Both the position numbers and the translations under genes were made by a program. A stretch of 64,000 nt of DNA from the human T2T-CHM13v2.0 reference genome, Homo sapiens. The notes below the pieces were generated by a model, which saw only the letters and a list, made by a program, of their open reading frames with translations, was not told the DNA's origin and did not search any database. This document shows positions 27,330 to 40,189 of this stretch, in pieces; the stretch's first letter is position 1; every line of letters starts with the position of its first letter. The stretch is from assembly GCF_009914755.1 (NCBI RefSeq), contig NC_060927.1; one strand, written 5' to 3'.

Positions 27330-28260
27330 AGTAGGGCAAAATGAAGAAACATTAAGCTAAGGAGCAAAGAGAACTAAGTGAAGTGAAGTATTAGAAAGAA
27401 CAAAAATTGTGCAGTAACAGAACTAAATTCCATATTGGTGATAGTCGGGGCAGAATTGACACCACAGAAAATCAAATTAATGTCTTAAAGAACTGATTAA
27501 AGAAGCTTTCCCAGTATGCAGGAAAATAAAGGTCAAATTATCAAAAGAATGAGAGAAAACATGGCAAGCATGGTGGACAGAGAGTGGAGATTTTTTTTTT
27601 TTTTGGTAAAGCTACTATTTGATAACATAATAGGGTATCTGTAGCCAATAATAACTTTATTATACATTTTAAAATAAAGAATATAATTAGATTGTTTGTA
27701 ACTTGAAGCGTAAATGCTTGAGGGGATGGATACCCCATTCTCCATGATGTGCTTATTTCACACTGCATGCCTGTATCACAGTATCTCATGTTCTCTGTAA
27801 ATATATAATCCTACTATGCACCCACATAAACTTTAAAAAAAAAAGATAAATCTAAAAAAAGAAAATAGAAAAAAAAGTGAGTGGCGGTCTAACATAACAG
27901 TGAGTACATCATCCAGAAGAAGAAATAAGAATAGCTGAAACAGAAGCAATAAGCAGATACATAAACTAAAGACATCTTTCCAGAGATGACATATCCTTTC
28001 ATGGAGATTGAAAGGACTGACCACATTCCAATCAACATGAAAAGACACACGTCCACAGGTGTGTAGGCTTATTAGAAACGTAACTAAATTTAAAAATAAA
28101 AATGTACAAACATTCATGTAGCAGGGAGGCTTGGTTAACTAAAAAGGAACAAAACCTAGCTCTTCGTATATATTCAATATAGGGTTAAAACTCAGAAAAG
28201 GATAGAATAATGATTGCTGATTATGGAAGATATGATCACAGAATTGTATACTCAGACTTC
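27330..28260 (+). mobile_element. Ancient L1M/HAL1-type ORF1 remnant, interrupted by a younger L1MA 3' end
   Basis: A-rich ORF1-like text gcagaattgacaccacagaaaatcaaatt...; tctaacataac...ccagaagaag; gattgaaaggactgaccacattcc. Confidence 0.55.
27605..27875 (+). mobile_element. L1MA (MA1-3-like) 3' end with A-rich tail
   Basis: taaatgcttgaggggatggataccccattctccatgatgtgcttatttcacactgcatgcctgtatc...cctactatgcacccac; diverged TSD agagagtggagat / agtgagtggcggt. Confidence 0.85.
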
Positions 28261-28639
28261 TGCGTGAAGCACAGAAAGACTCTCCATTTGAAGTGCAAAA
28301 ACTGATCTTAATCCATAAAGTATTCACCCAAATCAGGAAATATACTAAAAGACAAATATAGTAAACAAAAAAAGATGTAAGCATACAAGTCACATATGAA
28401 AATCCACATTATAAATCATCATAAATATTACTAGTAGTAAAATAAATGTAAATAAAAAACCAAGATACTATTTTTACTATCAAATGTACACTAGTTAAAA
28501 CAAATAGAGTAATGATATTTTGATAAAGTTACGAATTGTTGTGGAAATGTGAATTGGTTTGACTTTTCTGAAAATTATTTTTAGTGTTTGAGCTGTTAAT
28601 TTCCTTCTAGAAACCCACCTTAAAATCAAAGGTGCAGAA

Positions 28640-29039
28640 TGCCAATATTTGCACGTTTGTCCCTTCAAACCTCATGCTGAAATTCGATCCCCGTGTTGGA
28701 GCTGGGGCCTAGTTGGAGGTGTTTGGGTCATAAAGGTAGATCCCTCATGAATGGCTTGGTGCTCTCCTAACAGTAATAAATGAGATCTTGCTCTATTAGT
28801 TCCCACAAAAGTTGGCTATTAAAAAGAGCCTGCCACTTTGACCTTCTCTCTTGCCGTGTTATCTTTGCACAGTCTGGCTTCCCTTTGCTTTCTGTCTTGA
28901 GTGGAGGCAACCTGAGGATCTCACCAGATGCCCAGTCTTCCAGCCAGCAGGGTCATTAGCTAAATAAGCCTCTTTTTTAAAAATATAAGTTATGCAGCCT
29001 CACGTATTTCTTTTAAGCAACACAAAACTGACTAAGACA
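28640..29039 (+). mobile_element. MST (MSTB-like) MaLR solo LTR
   Basis: TG...CA termini; gaggtgtttgggtcat...gatccctcatgaatggcttggtgc; ends gcaacacaaaactgactaagaca; 5-bp TSD cagaa/cagat. Confidence 0.88.
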
Positions 29040-31289
29040 CAGATCACACTCAGTTGTAGCATGAGTTGTAAATGGTAAAAATTTGAGCAACATAAAGTAG
29101 CCAAAAATAATCCTGCTCGACAAAGTCTCTGCAGTGTAGTAGCTTGAAAATTATGGCAAAGCCATCAACTGCTGCCACTTAAATAGCATTTTTTGAAAGC
29201 ATATTCAATCTTAGGGAAAAATGGTCATAGTAAAAGTCATACTAAAATTCTGTAGGTAGGGAAGTGGGGTCATTTTTTTCTTCAATAATCATATCTGTGT
29301 TTTCCACCTCTCTAGAATGAACATTGGTCACTATGTAATGTAAAAATGACAATATCATAATAAAAAAGATAATAAATGTGATCTATAAAAAGTTACCTAG
29401 CTGATTATTCAGAAACCAAACCTGTCACATAGCATGTACTGGTTAATGGATTGTCAGAGCATGAACAGTGATGGAACCCTGTTGATCAAATGCTGAGGCA
29501 AATCAGCCTCTTTAATTAGGTACTGATTGTGACAATTGAGTTCATCCTAATAAAATAGCATAACATACAATATATATTTATTACTTATTTTACATAATAA
29601 AGATGTATAAATATATAAGTACATATAAATATATGAAAATTATTTACACAATGCTATGTTTCTTGAGCACATATTATTTAGGAAATGTAATTGTGATGTT
29701 TGCTAATAACCATCACAGAAACTATGAAATTCATATAATTCTTTATGCTGAATCTAAGTAATAAAAGTGTATATGTCATCTTCGAAATTATGAAATTGGG
29801 GGGCCCTCCTACTCTATTTAGTAAGCTGTTAGGTTCTAAAGGATGTCTAAGATAATGAATAACATTACTTATAAAGGTTTGAAACTTTTCAAATGGTCTC
29901 CATATAGAGACAGACTTTTGGGCTGGAAGAGAGCATAAAGAAATACTCAGTATGATGAAGTGATATGCCAAGGTCAAACTATGCATTCTAAAAATTAAAG
30001 GACCTGTGTTTGCCTTAATAAAATATTGCCAATAATCCTCGAGTATTAAGAAACAGACTACCCTCCTATTTTACTGTTCTAATGTTTCACTGTGCAAATA
30101 ATTTCTAATTGTAAACAAAGTTGTCACACTATCTTGCACATTAAATAAACCATTAATTAGAATACTGTGAGGGACAAAATGCTCTGGTCACTTAAGTATT
30201 TAATTCAGACTCTCAGTCTTTTTTGTTTGATGATGTACTTTTTAATTTATGCCTTGAAGTCACCAAGATAAAACAGAAGAGGAGACAGTGGTGACATTTG
30301 CTTATGAGTGAGCATAGGCTGTGAGGTCTTGAGTAGAGTTAAGAGGGACCATATGTATTCCTTCCCCACCTTGGGAACTCTGATTAGCCAGAAAGCAGCA
30401 TTTGTAGATTAGAAATGAAGAAAATGACAATTGTCATTCATTTGGACACAGTCTGATCTCTAAGTAAATCCCTTAATGCTGTGTGGGAGTTTCCTGGTGA
30501 TTAGTTCTGTTTCATACTCCTCTTGCTGCAGGCAACTGAGTCCTCCAAATTTTAATAGAGTTTTGCCAGCATAATTGCACGGTACACTGACACAAGTTAG
30601 TTTTTCTTTTTTACACATTTTCCTTCACTTGAACTTTCTGGCCATTTTCCACATGCATTTGACAGAAGAATTACAAATATAGAGTGTTATTATATCTTAG
30701 ATGGAGGAAATGGTCCATGGACCCATGTCTGAAATGTTCAGTCTTGGCAATCAAGGCTCTCACCTCAGCATTTGCTGGGACACAGGAAACCAGCTAATGG
30801 CTGATAACGTCCAGGAAATTAGTAACTTGTGCATATGGTAAATGCTCCAATCCCAGCCAAATGATTTGTTTAACTGATGGCTGGAGTTCTCATAGGGACT
30901 GTTAGCACAGTGGAATAGTTGGGTTTTATTAACTGGACTATGTGCTAATCCTTGTTGTTCCCTAGTTGAAGAATGTAACCATAATGCAAAATACAATGGG
31001 AAATTGTATATCCAGAAAGTAAAGATGTTAAAGGCACCAACATTCTATACTCCAAAAGAACTGATTTTTTTTGCGTCAACATTATTAGTATCACAATTTT
31101 CTTACAACTATTATCTTAGTTCAGAATTCTATAAAATGAATTATGCATACCTTTTTGTTATGGTAAAGATATTAAATACAATGTCACTTTGCTTAACATC
31201 TTATTCCTATCTGTTAATTTTGTTAGGGACAGTGATGATTATAACCTATTACTTACATTCATTGATTTTCTACAGAGTATCCAGATATC

Positions 31290-31750
31290 AGGACAGCCTT
31301 GTGCTTTCACATGTTGTCTCCCTCAGGCCCAAGGTCAAGTGGCAGTTCCTTGGGAAAATCTTACTGACACCCAATTCTAGGTCACGTTCCCCTTTTTATC
31401 TGTTCTCATAGAAATCTTCTTCATTATCATAGGGTTTATGTGACAATTTGTAATTTAAATTTTGTACGGGAGACTATTGGATTACTGTTGCTTTTCCAGA
31501 CTAGAGTATAAAATATAAATGCAAAGATCATAACTGTTACCACTCCCACTGTATATCTTCTGAACCAACCACAGTGCCTATCCAGCAAGTAGCAAGTAAT
31601 AATACTTGTTGAATGAAATAACTCTATGTGGTAGTCATTAATGTCCCAGTTTTACAAATGAAATAATTAAAGCTCAAAGAGCCTAATTTATTAAAATCAT
31701 ACAGCCAACTGGATGTCAATATCCTATCTCATGTCTAACTCCAAAGCCAT
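31290..31750. mobile_element. L2 3' fragments (+) followed by a MIR fragment (-)
   Basis: ccagactagagtataaa...cacagtgcct...ttgttgaatgaa; cccagttttacaaatgaaataattaaagctcaaaga...tctaactccaaagcc. Confidence 0.55.
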
Positions 31751-31864
31751 TAATGTATTAGAGCTCTTTCTTTTTAATTGAGTAGGACAAAGAAAGAAAG
31801 TACTGCAAAATTCATATTTCCTTTTATAACAAGGTTGAAACCTTATCTGTGCAATCTTTTAGAG

Positions 31865-31972
31865 CACTGGTTCTCAACTAGAGGCATTTTGCCCACCATA
31901 GAGGACATTTGGCAATGTTTGGAGACATTTGTGGTTCTCTTGACTGAGAGGAAAATTAATATTGGCATCCAC
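31865..31972 (+). mobile_element. MER20 (hAT-Charlie) left half
   Basis: cactggttctcaactagaggcattttgccc...ggacatttggcaatgtttggagacattt. Confidence 0.8.
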
Positions 31973-32280
31973 TGACACTATATGATGCATGCCAGAGCCC
32001 CTCCACACTTCATTGGTCAGTTCAGCTACCTCCCTCTTTTGTTTCCTTTCTTTCTAGCTTCCTTTATTGATTCATTCAGCATAAAGCATATGCATAGACT
32101 GCTTAGTGTATAGAAAACCAATAACAAGTAAGATACAATTCCAGACCTGAGGAAACTTATGGTTTATAGGAAAGTGCAGATAAGTAAGTAGGTAATTATT
32201 ACCCATGGTAAAGAGCTACCTAGAGGTGTACATTCAACTGGCCACTATGTTAATACTGAAGCTAACACCTGAACCACTGC

Positions 32281-32420
32281 TTTAGAGCCCTGGTTCTCAA
32301 CTACAATATCTATAAACATTTGTAGTGGTCACAATTAGGGCACAAGTTGCTTTAGAGCCCTGGTTCTCAACTGCAACATCTATAAACATTTATGGTGGTC
32401 ACAACTAGGGCACAAGTTGC
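32281..32420 (+). repeat. 70-bp x2 tandem duplication (65/70 identical)
   Basis: Units 32281-32350 and 32351-32420, both tttagagccctggttctcaact...agggcacaagttgc. Confidence 0.97.
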
Positions 32421-32556
32421 TACTGGCATCTGTTCGGTGGGTAGAAGCCAGGATGCTGCTAATCATACTGCAATGCATTAAATAGTGTCTCATTTTTGCT
32501 ACAATAAAGAATTATTCGGTCTAAAATATCAATAATGTCAAGGTTGAGAAACGCTA
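32288..32556 (+). mobile_element. MER20 with internal deletion and a duplicated left end
   Basis: ctggttctcaact...tgctactggcatc...gggtagaagccaggatgctgctaa...aaagaattat...aaaatatcaataatgtcaaggttgagaaac. Confidence 0.8.
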
Positions 32557-35500
32557 TTTTGGAATAATAAAACCAGATCATTGTGGTTTTGCCATTGCAT
32601 TTTAAAAAATCAATCTTAATTTTCTTGCTCTCCATAATTATTTTTTACATATTGTAACTAGCAATATAATTGCGAGTGTATAATATTTCATCTTATAAGT
32701 GACAAGAAACTATATGATTACTTATTGGAAACACCATTTTTAATATCTTTAATGACATGTCATACTAACATTTGTAGTTTATTGTACCTCCTTTCTTTTA
32801 AACTTCTATCATAGTCCAACCTTAAGCCTTTGTGACACTTCTATTTTTTAAGTTTAGTCCTTGGATGCTATTCCTTTTGGAGGCAGAATCCAGGCCTGGT
32901 GCCTCATCATCCTTCCTATAGAGTTCTGCACATGGTGGGCTCTCGGATTTTTATTGAATGTCTCAAAGCAAGTTAATTCTCCTTCAGAGGCTAGGCAACT
33001 AAATGTCGTGGGAAAGAAGAATCCAACTGACTAAAATAGATATCATGCTACAGTACCTGCAAATGAGCTCAGATATTAAATTTTTGATCACTAAAAATTC
33101 CTTCAATTAGAGTTGGAAACCATATATGATTATGCTTCTGGATAATTTGCAATGGATGTTCAATTTTTCTTTCAGGAAACAGCTCTGTTCCTTTAGTTTT
33201 TAATATCTATCACTCAGTAGATCTTAGCAGTTAGTGATCATTAGTTTTCCTCCAGGGATAGACTACTAGAAGAGTGGAAATTTGGTTGGCATTTGTCTAC
33301 CAGCATATCTTTTTAATGGGGTTAGAGCATGATAGCAATTAAACCTTAGGTGCTTTGAGATATCTTTTGGCATATTGGATATGTTGACATCCTCCTCCAA
33401 AATAAAGCAAAAATAAATCTTATAATGACTTTCTTTCCTTTATTCATACACTACAACTTTCTCATAGCTTGTTTTGTAACTTGCATTGAATATTATGGTT
33501 CCATTCCTTCTTTGTATATTTCAAGCATAATATTTATATTCTCCTTATATTTTTGTAAATTGTTTATCCTCCTTTGCTTTTCCTCCTTTGAAATACAATC
33601 TGAAAACAAGTTATGGATTAAAGGGAGCCACTGTGCAGACTAAAAATTCTTAAACTGAAGAAAAAATGAAACATTTTACGATTGTTTAGGTATTATAGGC
33701 ATTGACTGGCTAGTAAAAAGGTCAATGCACCAGCAGAAGGTTGTATACTCTGTTAACAAAGGCAATTCCTCATGAAATGTTGTACATTTCAATATATAGA
33801 ATCATATTGAATAATACTATGGAAATTTCTTTGAGTTTTCCAGAATTTTAAATGAAGTAAATTTATACGCTTTCTATGTTGCTCTTAATATCGATGATCC
33901 CAGATTATTGTGTAGATTAGGGAACCACCTACATACTTTCTGTACTTCATGGTAGATCCTGGTAGAAAAAGAAATGAGGTTGAGAGTGAATGCAGATAGC
34001 AAGGGTTATCCAAAAGAATATAGAAAAAGTAGAAATGGAAGATAATGTAATATTATTTCATAAGTTGATGAACTTGTGAGGATAAAAATGAATTTCAGTT
34101 ATGCTTGACTTTGGCAGTTCAGATTCTACAAGGCGGGGAACAGTACAGCTTTGGGACCCTTTTTTAATATTCTCCCTAAGTTGACTTTAGTGGGTGGATT
34201 TAGTATACCATGTCAAGAATGCTAGTACTGATGATTTGTGTCCTTTTGTACTAATGTTGCTAACATGTTCATTGCACTTCCAAGAAGATCGTCACAACTA
34301 TTTAGAACCTGGTCAGATATAGCAGTTTGACCTTAGTATGTGGTTTTCTTGCATTTTCCCCTCTTTCTGGCTTTGTTAAGACATGAAACAAGGTAGTTTT
34401 TTTTTTTTTCTAACTCCTTGGAAGTGTATATATATCTTATGAGTTATACCATCCTAGCTTTGGTGAAACTCACAGTTTACAGTTTGACCTTTCTTAGTAA
34501 GTAGGAGTTTTGCTGAATCATACTCCAGTACTGTGAGGTTGCAGATTGTCTATTCCTTAAGTCTTTAGGTTGCTTAATGATAAATTAAATAGGGGATGGC
34601 TGTCTTTTCTCACTCCTACATTTTATTCACCACACACTCAGTGGTGTAATAACAATCCCTTCGCATTGTCATATGATTGATGTTTAAAGACCCTATTATT
34701 TGGAACCTGATTCCCATCAAGGTTTATGCAAATATTTATGGATCACTACTTGGCTTACAGGATGCTAGACATTCTGACATGGTCACTTGTATACCAAAAG
34801 ATTTTACTGACAAACATTTCAAGTGTGTTTGACTTATTTTGAACATCAACATAAAATTTACTGGATCCCAGAGGATTTCAATAACAAATAGAATTTGGAA
34901 TCAGAGCTGGAGTTGGACACATTTTGCTCATGTCATTAGAATCTTCCTCAGACTTCTCAGACTCTCTTTGTATAAAGCATCCATGAGAAGCTGTCATGTC
35001 TAATTTCTTATAATAAGTAGGGTCAATTTCATGAGCAGAACATATGACTGTATTTTATGTATGCAATATAAAATCACAACCAGACATAAGTGGACAGGGA
35101 AAAAAAAACAGCAACCAGATTAAACATTCACAGCTGTTTCTGAGTTTTTCTGTATTGTTCCTTTACTATTTGTTTATTCATTCTTTTATCTTCTAGTGCT
35201 CACTTGCAGACAAATGTTGCCCATGCCAATGTTTCAGAAAATACATGAGATAAAACATAGAAAAAATTCTATCCATCAATGTGCTATTTTTTTCTTTGAA
35301 CTGAAAATTTTTCCATTGTATTAATTTAGAGTGAAATTTTTCTCATGTAAAGCATTCTATAATATGCAATACAAACAACAGGCAAACTATGCCAGATAAA
35401 TTAATAAATAAAATAATCTGACAGAGAAAAAAGTACTGTTTGCTTCACAGTTTCACTAAACCTAAATATTCTATTAAAGTCAGTGTATGGAGTATGCTGG

Positions 35501-35664
35501 AAAATGGCAAACATTCTGTGTGGGTTTCAGAATTGCTGTATTGGGTACATTTTAAATATTTGGTTATCATGTCAAGTTATTACACATTTTAGATATTTAT
35601 GATTATTGAGATTTCAATAATAAGCTATTAAATATTTTATTTAAAGTTCCATTCTATTTTTTGT

Positions 35665-36024
35665 TGCCTTAGTCCCATTGGGCTGTTATAGTAAAATGCC
35701 ATAGACTAGGTAGCTTATAAACAACAGAAATTTATTTCTCAGAGTTTTGGAGGCTGGGAAGTCCAAGATCAAGGTGCTGACAGATTCAGTGTCTGTTGAG
35801 GGCCTGGTTCCTGTCTCAAATGGAGCCTTCCAGCTGTGTCCTCACACTGTGGAAGGGGCAAACAAGTTCTGTGCCTATTTTATAAGGATATTATTCCCAT
35901 ATATGAGGGTTCTGCCTTTATGATCTAATGATTCCCAAAAGGCCCCACCACCCAATATCATCATTTTTGGAGTTACTATTTCAAAATAAGCATTTTGGGG
36001 GGATGCAACATTCAGACCATAGCA
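35665..36024 (-). mobile_element. MLT1A-type MaLR solo LTR
   Basis: gcttataaacaacagaaatttatttctcagagttttggaggctgggaagtccaagatcaagg...aacattcagaccatagca. Confidence 0.9.
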
Positions 36025-36364
36025 GCTGTACAATTGGCAAAAGGATTGCCTGTTTTTAAATCTCTGAATTTGATTTTTTTTCCCAAATACCTTTACTAGA
36101 AAGAAAATTTAAACATTTTACATTTTTACTTTACATGGAGAAAATTCATGTCTTGCTCTGTTGTAAGTTTCATATTATTCTCTGTTTAAAGTTCCCAATC
36201 AGAACATATTACAACAAAATCTAACCAATTAATTAATTGTTTTCACTATCTTGATCATAAATTTTGTATATTCCTTTACAATATTAATTCTTTGCTGCTA
36301 GTCTTAAGAAAAAAATAAGCTTTGTGGAAAAAGATAGGTATATGCATATTTTGTGTATATTTTG

Positions 36365-36625
36365 CCTTTACTATAGAATTTATGAAACATACACAAAAGC
36401 AGAGAAAATAGTGTAATTTACATGGTACGAGAAATCTCAACATGCCCATCATCCAGCTTCAACATTTATTCTACTATGAATCTTATTTCATCCAACTATT
36501 TTACCACTTTCTCACTCTTCAAGAATACATTATATTATTTTATAATATTTATAGATAAAATAATATGTCTGTCTATATCCCAGACATCATATTATTTCAC
36601 CTATATATATTTTACCATTTGCCTC
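36365..36625 (-). mobile_element. L1MC-like 3' UTR fragment
   Basis: aaacatacacaaaagcagagaaaatagtgtaa...cccatcatccagcttcaaca...atcccagacatcatattatttcacc. Confidence 0.6.
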
Positions 36626-37426
36626 TACCAGCCAAGAATTGGTATGTATTCATCATCCAGATTGAGGTATTTTTTTAAAGCAGCATTAACTTTTGTGGAA
36701 GTATCGTAATAAGACAGAATATTCTGAGTTAAAATCAAACAAATCTTTCCAATTAAATAATTGAGAATTAGCTAGAAAAATGACTTAAAACTTAGTGTAA
36801 TAAAGCTAGTAGAATATTAAAGATAAGGCATAACACATTTCTTCTTACATTCTTAGTTTCATTGTGATATAAGGATTAGTTATATGCTGCTTAAAGTCAA
36901 GATTATACAATTACACAGAAAATGTTCCAAGCTAATCCCTTGGGGTTGATTTTGGCTGATAGTCTATTATTTAGATGACCAAAGATGACAGAATATACTT
37001 CTTAATTTACATGAATTACTCATCTAAGTTTTATACATAGTTTAACACATGCTGCATGCATGTATTAAACTGCATGAACGAGCTGAGATGAGAGAAGAAT
37101 ATAGTCAAGGTAAAAATGAGGAGCTAGATACATTCACCAAAACTGCTTAGGGAAAGTATAGCTTAATTTACCCTTTAACTAGAATAGCTGAGAGGGCAAG
37201 AGATCCAAATAGTCCCTGAGTGAATGCAGAAACTGAATGTGCTTAATGGCATATTTTTGTGTGTAAATACGTCTCTCTTCTGTGCTCCTTGTTTGCATTA
37301 GGGAGAATAGTAGGGGGAGGCAGAAGTCTTCTCTTATGTTAATAGAAAGTGTGGTTTATGTATTCCTTATAAATTTCATTCATATTCTTTATGGGCAGCA
37401 TTCACTGCAGAATGTTGGATGAGTGG

Positions 37427-37700
37427 AGTGCTTACTTCTCACTATCTGAATGTTGTAGAACTAGTTATTTTTATTTCCAAACTGTTGTGGACTGATGCTT
37501 TTATAAAATATAATAAAAATAAATTACCAGAAAAATAAAATAAAGGAAAACAAAGATATAGACATAAAACTCATCTATCAAATGAATATAAAAGTTTCTA
37601 AATGCTTACTCTGCATTTCTGTCCCTGTTTCTTCTGAGACAGGTTAACGAACACTTTAAGTGAAGATGACACTTAATGTAGTACTGGTCCAGACTGTTGA
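37427..37700. mobile_element. hAT-Charlie non-autonomous element (Charlie4-like)
   Basis: ttctcactatctg...ggactgatgcttttataaaatataataaaaataaattaccagaaaaat...tataaaagtttctaaatgcttactct...gtactggtcc. Confidence 0.55.
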
Positions 37701-38004
37701 TCCATATGTAGAGGTGACAACTGCAGTATTGGACTGGCAGTATGGCACTGTCAATGACCAGGAAGCACAGACCTCAATGAAAGAGCTGATGAAAGGGTCC
37801 TGGGTGCCCTCTTATCTATCCTAGGTTTTAACTGGATTGTACAGTGATTCTGGGCATCCTAAAGGAGGAGTCAGGTGAATGAGGCAGTCCAGAAGACACT
37901 TGGTAGGGGGAGGGTTCAGTCAGAAGCTGTTTTCCAACAGGTATGGGTGGAAGTATTTCACTATGTAAACAACCAGCATAACCATACACAAATAATACTA
38001 GTGC

Positions 38005-38152
38005 CTATCAGTGGAGAATCTGTACTGCTGTCATCTCTACATTTATAGATACTGGAGAACAGGGAGCCTCTTGTTGCCTCTGTGCCTGGCAAAAGGCCTG
38101 ATACATGGTAGATGCTGAGTAAATATTTGTTGAGTTGATGGGTGACTGATTG
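38005..38152 (+). mobile_element. L2 3' end
   Basis: gtgcctggcaaaaggcctgatacatggtagatgctgagtaaatatttgttgagttgatg. Confidence 0.7.
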
Positions 38153-40189
38153 AAAGAGGTTTGTAGAAGGAATTCTTCCCTTTTAAAATTTGTATTAAAC
38201 TGTGATAATTCAGACACTCAAATAAGGTGTGTATATGTCAGTGTCAGGATGTGCAGAGCTTCCTTTCTAATCAGATGCAAGGGGATTCATGCACAAAAAG
38301 GGAAACAGATTATTATTGAACCCATGTCCAAGTCAAAGAATTATTAATATACATTTGCTTTGAGGTGCACGTAGAGCTTTTCTGTTCATTTGACCTAATC
38401 CTATTTGCATGTATGCTGCTAAAACATTTCAGCCTTTTCTCATAAGTAGAAACATTAATTTTAAAAATCAATTTTACTTTGAATTAAAGCCTATTCTAAA
38501 ATAAGTTCCCTTTAAATCTTTATTCTAAATATTTTAGATGACTTATTTTTTATTTGAGGACAAATATCCAGGGAGATATGGGGTATTAACTGATGAAAGA
38601 TGATACAAGATAAATGTGGACCCTGTCGTGAATACAGGTACACTCTAGAATGAATATGACAGATTAATGTACAAACATCAGCTAGAAACAGTAGCAAACT
38701 AATGTAAGGCTAAATACCTACAAGAAATAAATTTTATGCAGTAGTCACCATAATTTGTCATGTTCTTTCTCAAGTCCAGGCCTATGGATAAGACTGACTC
38801 TCACCACCCTCTGTTACCCACCTTGATGAAGTAACACAAAGTCATTTTTCAGATGTCTGTGTAGATGCCACTTCTTGCAGGACCATTTTGAGGGACAGTG
38901 CCTCCACCCATATTCACTTATCGCCCCTTCCTTGAGCCTTCCTTGATCCTTTCTAGCTTCTTGTAATTAGCCTGTCAAAGGCCTTAAAGCATTTTTGCAT
39001 TGACTCTTTCCTTCTGATCTCTCCCACACTGTTAGCCTCATAACTGCTATGCAGGAACTGAAATAATAGATACCAACAGAAAGATACATAGTAGATTGTG
39101 GATCTGTTAATGAGCCTTCAAAAAACTGAATGGTCTTATTTAATTCCTAGAAAACACTCGCTGGTCTCATTCTTGCTGACCCCAGCTGTGAATAGAGCAT
39201 GACACCATATTTTTGAAGGAGAAGTACTTCTGTAAGAGAGTCATGCATTCTGGTATAATTTTACACATATATTTTTAAAATGACACAAGCATTAATGTAT
39301 CTACACACATATTTTCTACCACAGATCCCTGCCCTTTCTGCCTTTCCTTAAGGGAAAAAAAAAATCATCCTTCTTCTTATACAGTTAATGGGATTTGTCA
39401 AGTCTTTGGTGCAGACATGTTTTATTTCCTGAGTAATGAGATACTTCCATTTGTGGTAGGGCATCTTGTTCTGCCCCAAATGAGATATGCCAAGCCAAAC
39501 ATGAATTAGAATGCTGAACATTATGTCTTGTGTGTTTGTCAGGTGTGTGATCTATTTCTGAAAACCCAAATGCAGTTCAATGACATATTTTACTATTTGT
39601 GAACTTTACCTTCTGTTAATATGATTGAAGCAACTGGAAATGGAAATTGTCAGGGCAATTTAACAAAGAAGCCCTGTAAAACTTATTAAAGTCCAGGTAG
39701 TAAAAATCCGTTTAGAAGGCATATTCTTCAAACCTGAGTTTTATTTGGTAAAACACGTTGGTGCCTGACCTTTCCAGAAACATACCAAAAAGGAGTCATT
39801 TAGAGGTCCCTGTTGTAAATTGTAAACAGCAGCCTGATCAAATTCGGCTGTATTCTGCTCACAGTATATGACAGAATGTATGAGTACACCAAACAGACAG
39901 CTAAATGACTGGGTATTTGGATGAGTTTGATGTGTATTTTATGTAATTGCATACTGTACAAAGCAATAAAAAGTCAATCTTGTATGCCAGAAAAAAATGC
40001 AGGTATTGAGTGAGTCAAAGAATCTTCATAAGTTCGTAATTCAAGTTAATCTTTCAATGGATAAAGCCAGAGGGCAGGAGCTCCGTATTCATAGACAATT
40101 TTAAAAATTCTGTAGTCAAGGTTTCAGGGTAGAAGACCAGAATTGTTGCACATTTTGTATATTAAAACATATTTTTAGGAAATACATTT

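Noticed and set aside
27281-28160. Two similar aaaaggaacaaaa(a)ccta stretches (~27282 and ~28142) as a TSD or duplication
   Set aside because: They are short and A-rich, the similarity does not extend, and they lie in A-rich L1 remnant, so chance is likely.
31004-31411. 135-aa ORF
   Set aside because: Non-ATG start, rich in Leu/Tyr/Ser with no homology I recognise, and it runs into L2 remnants.
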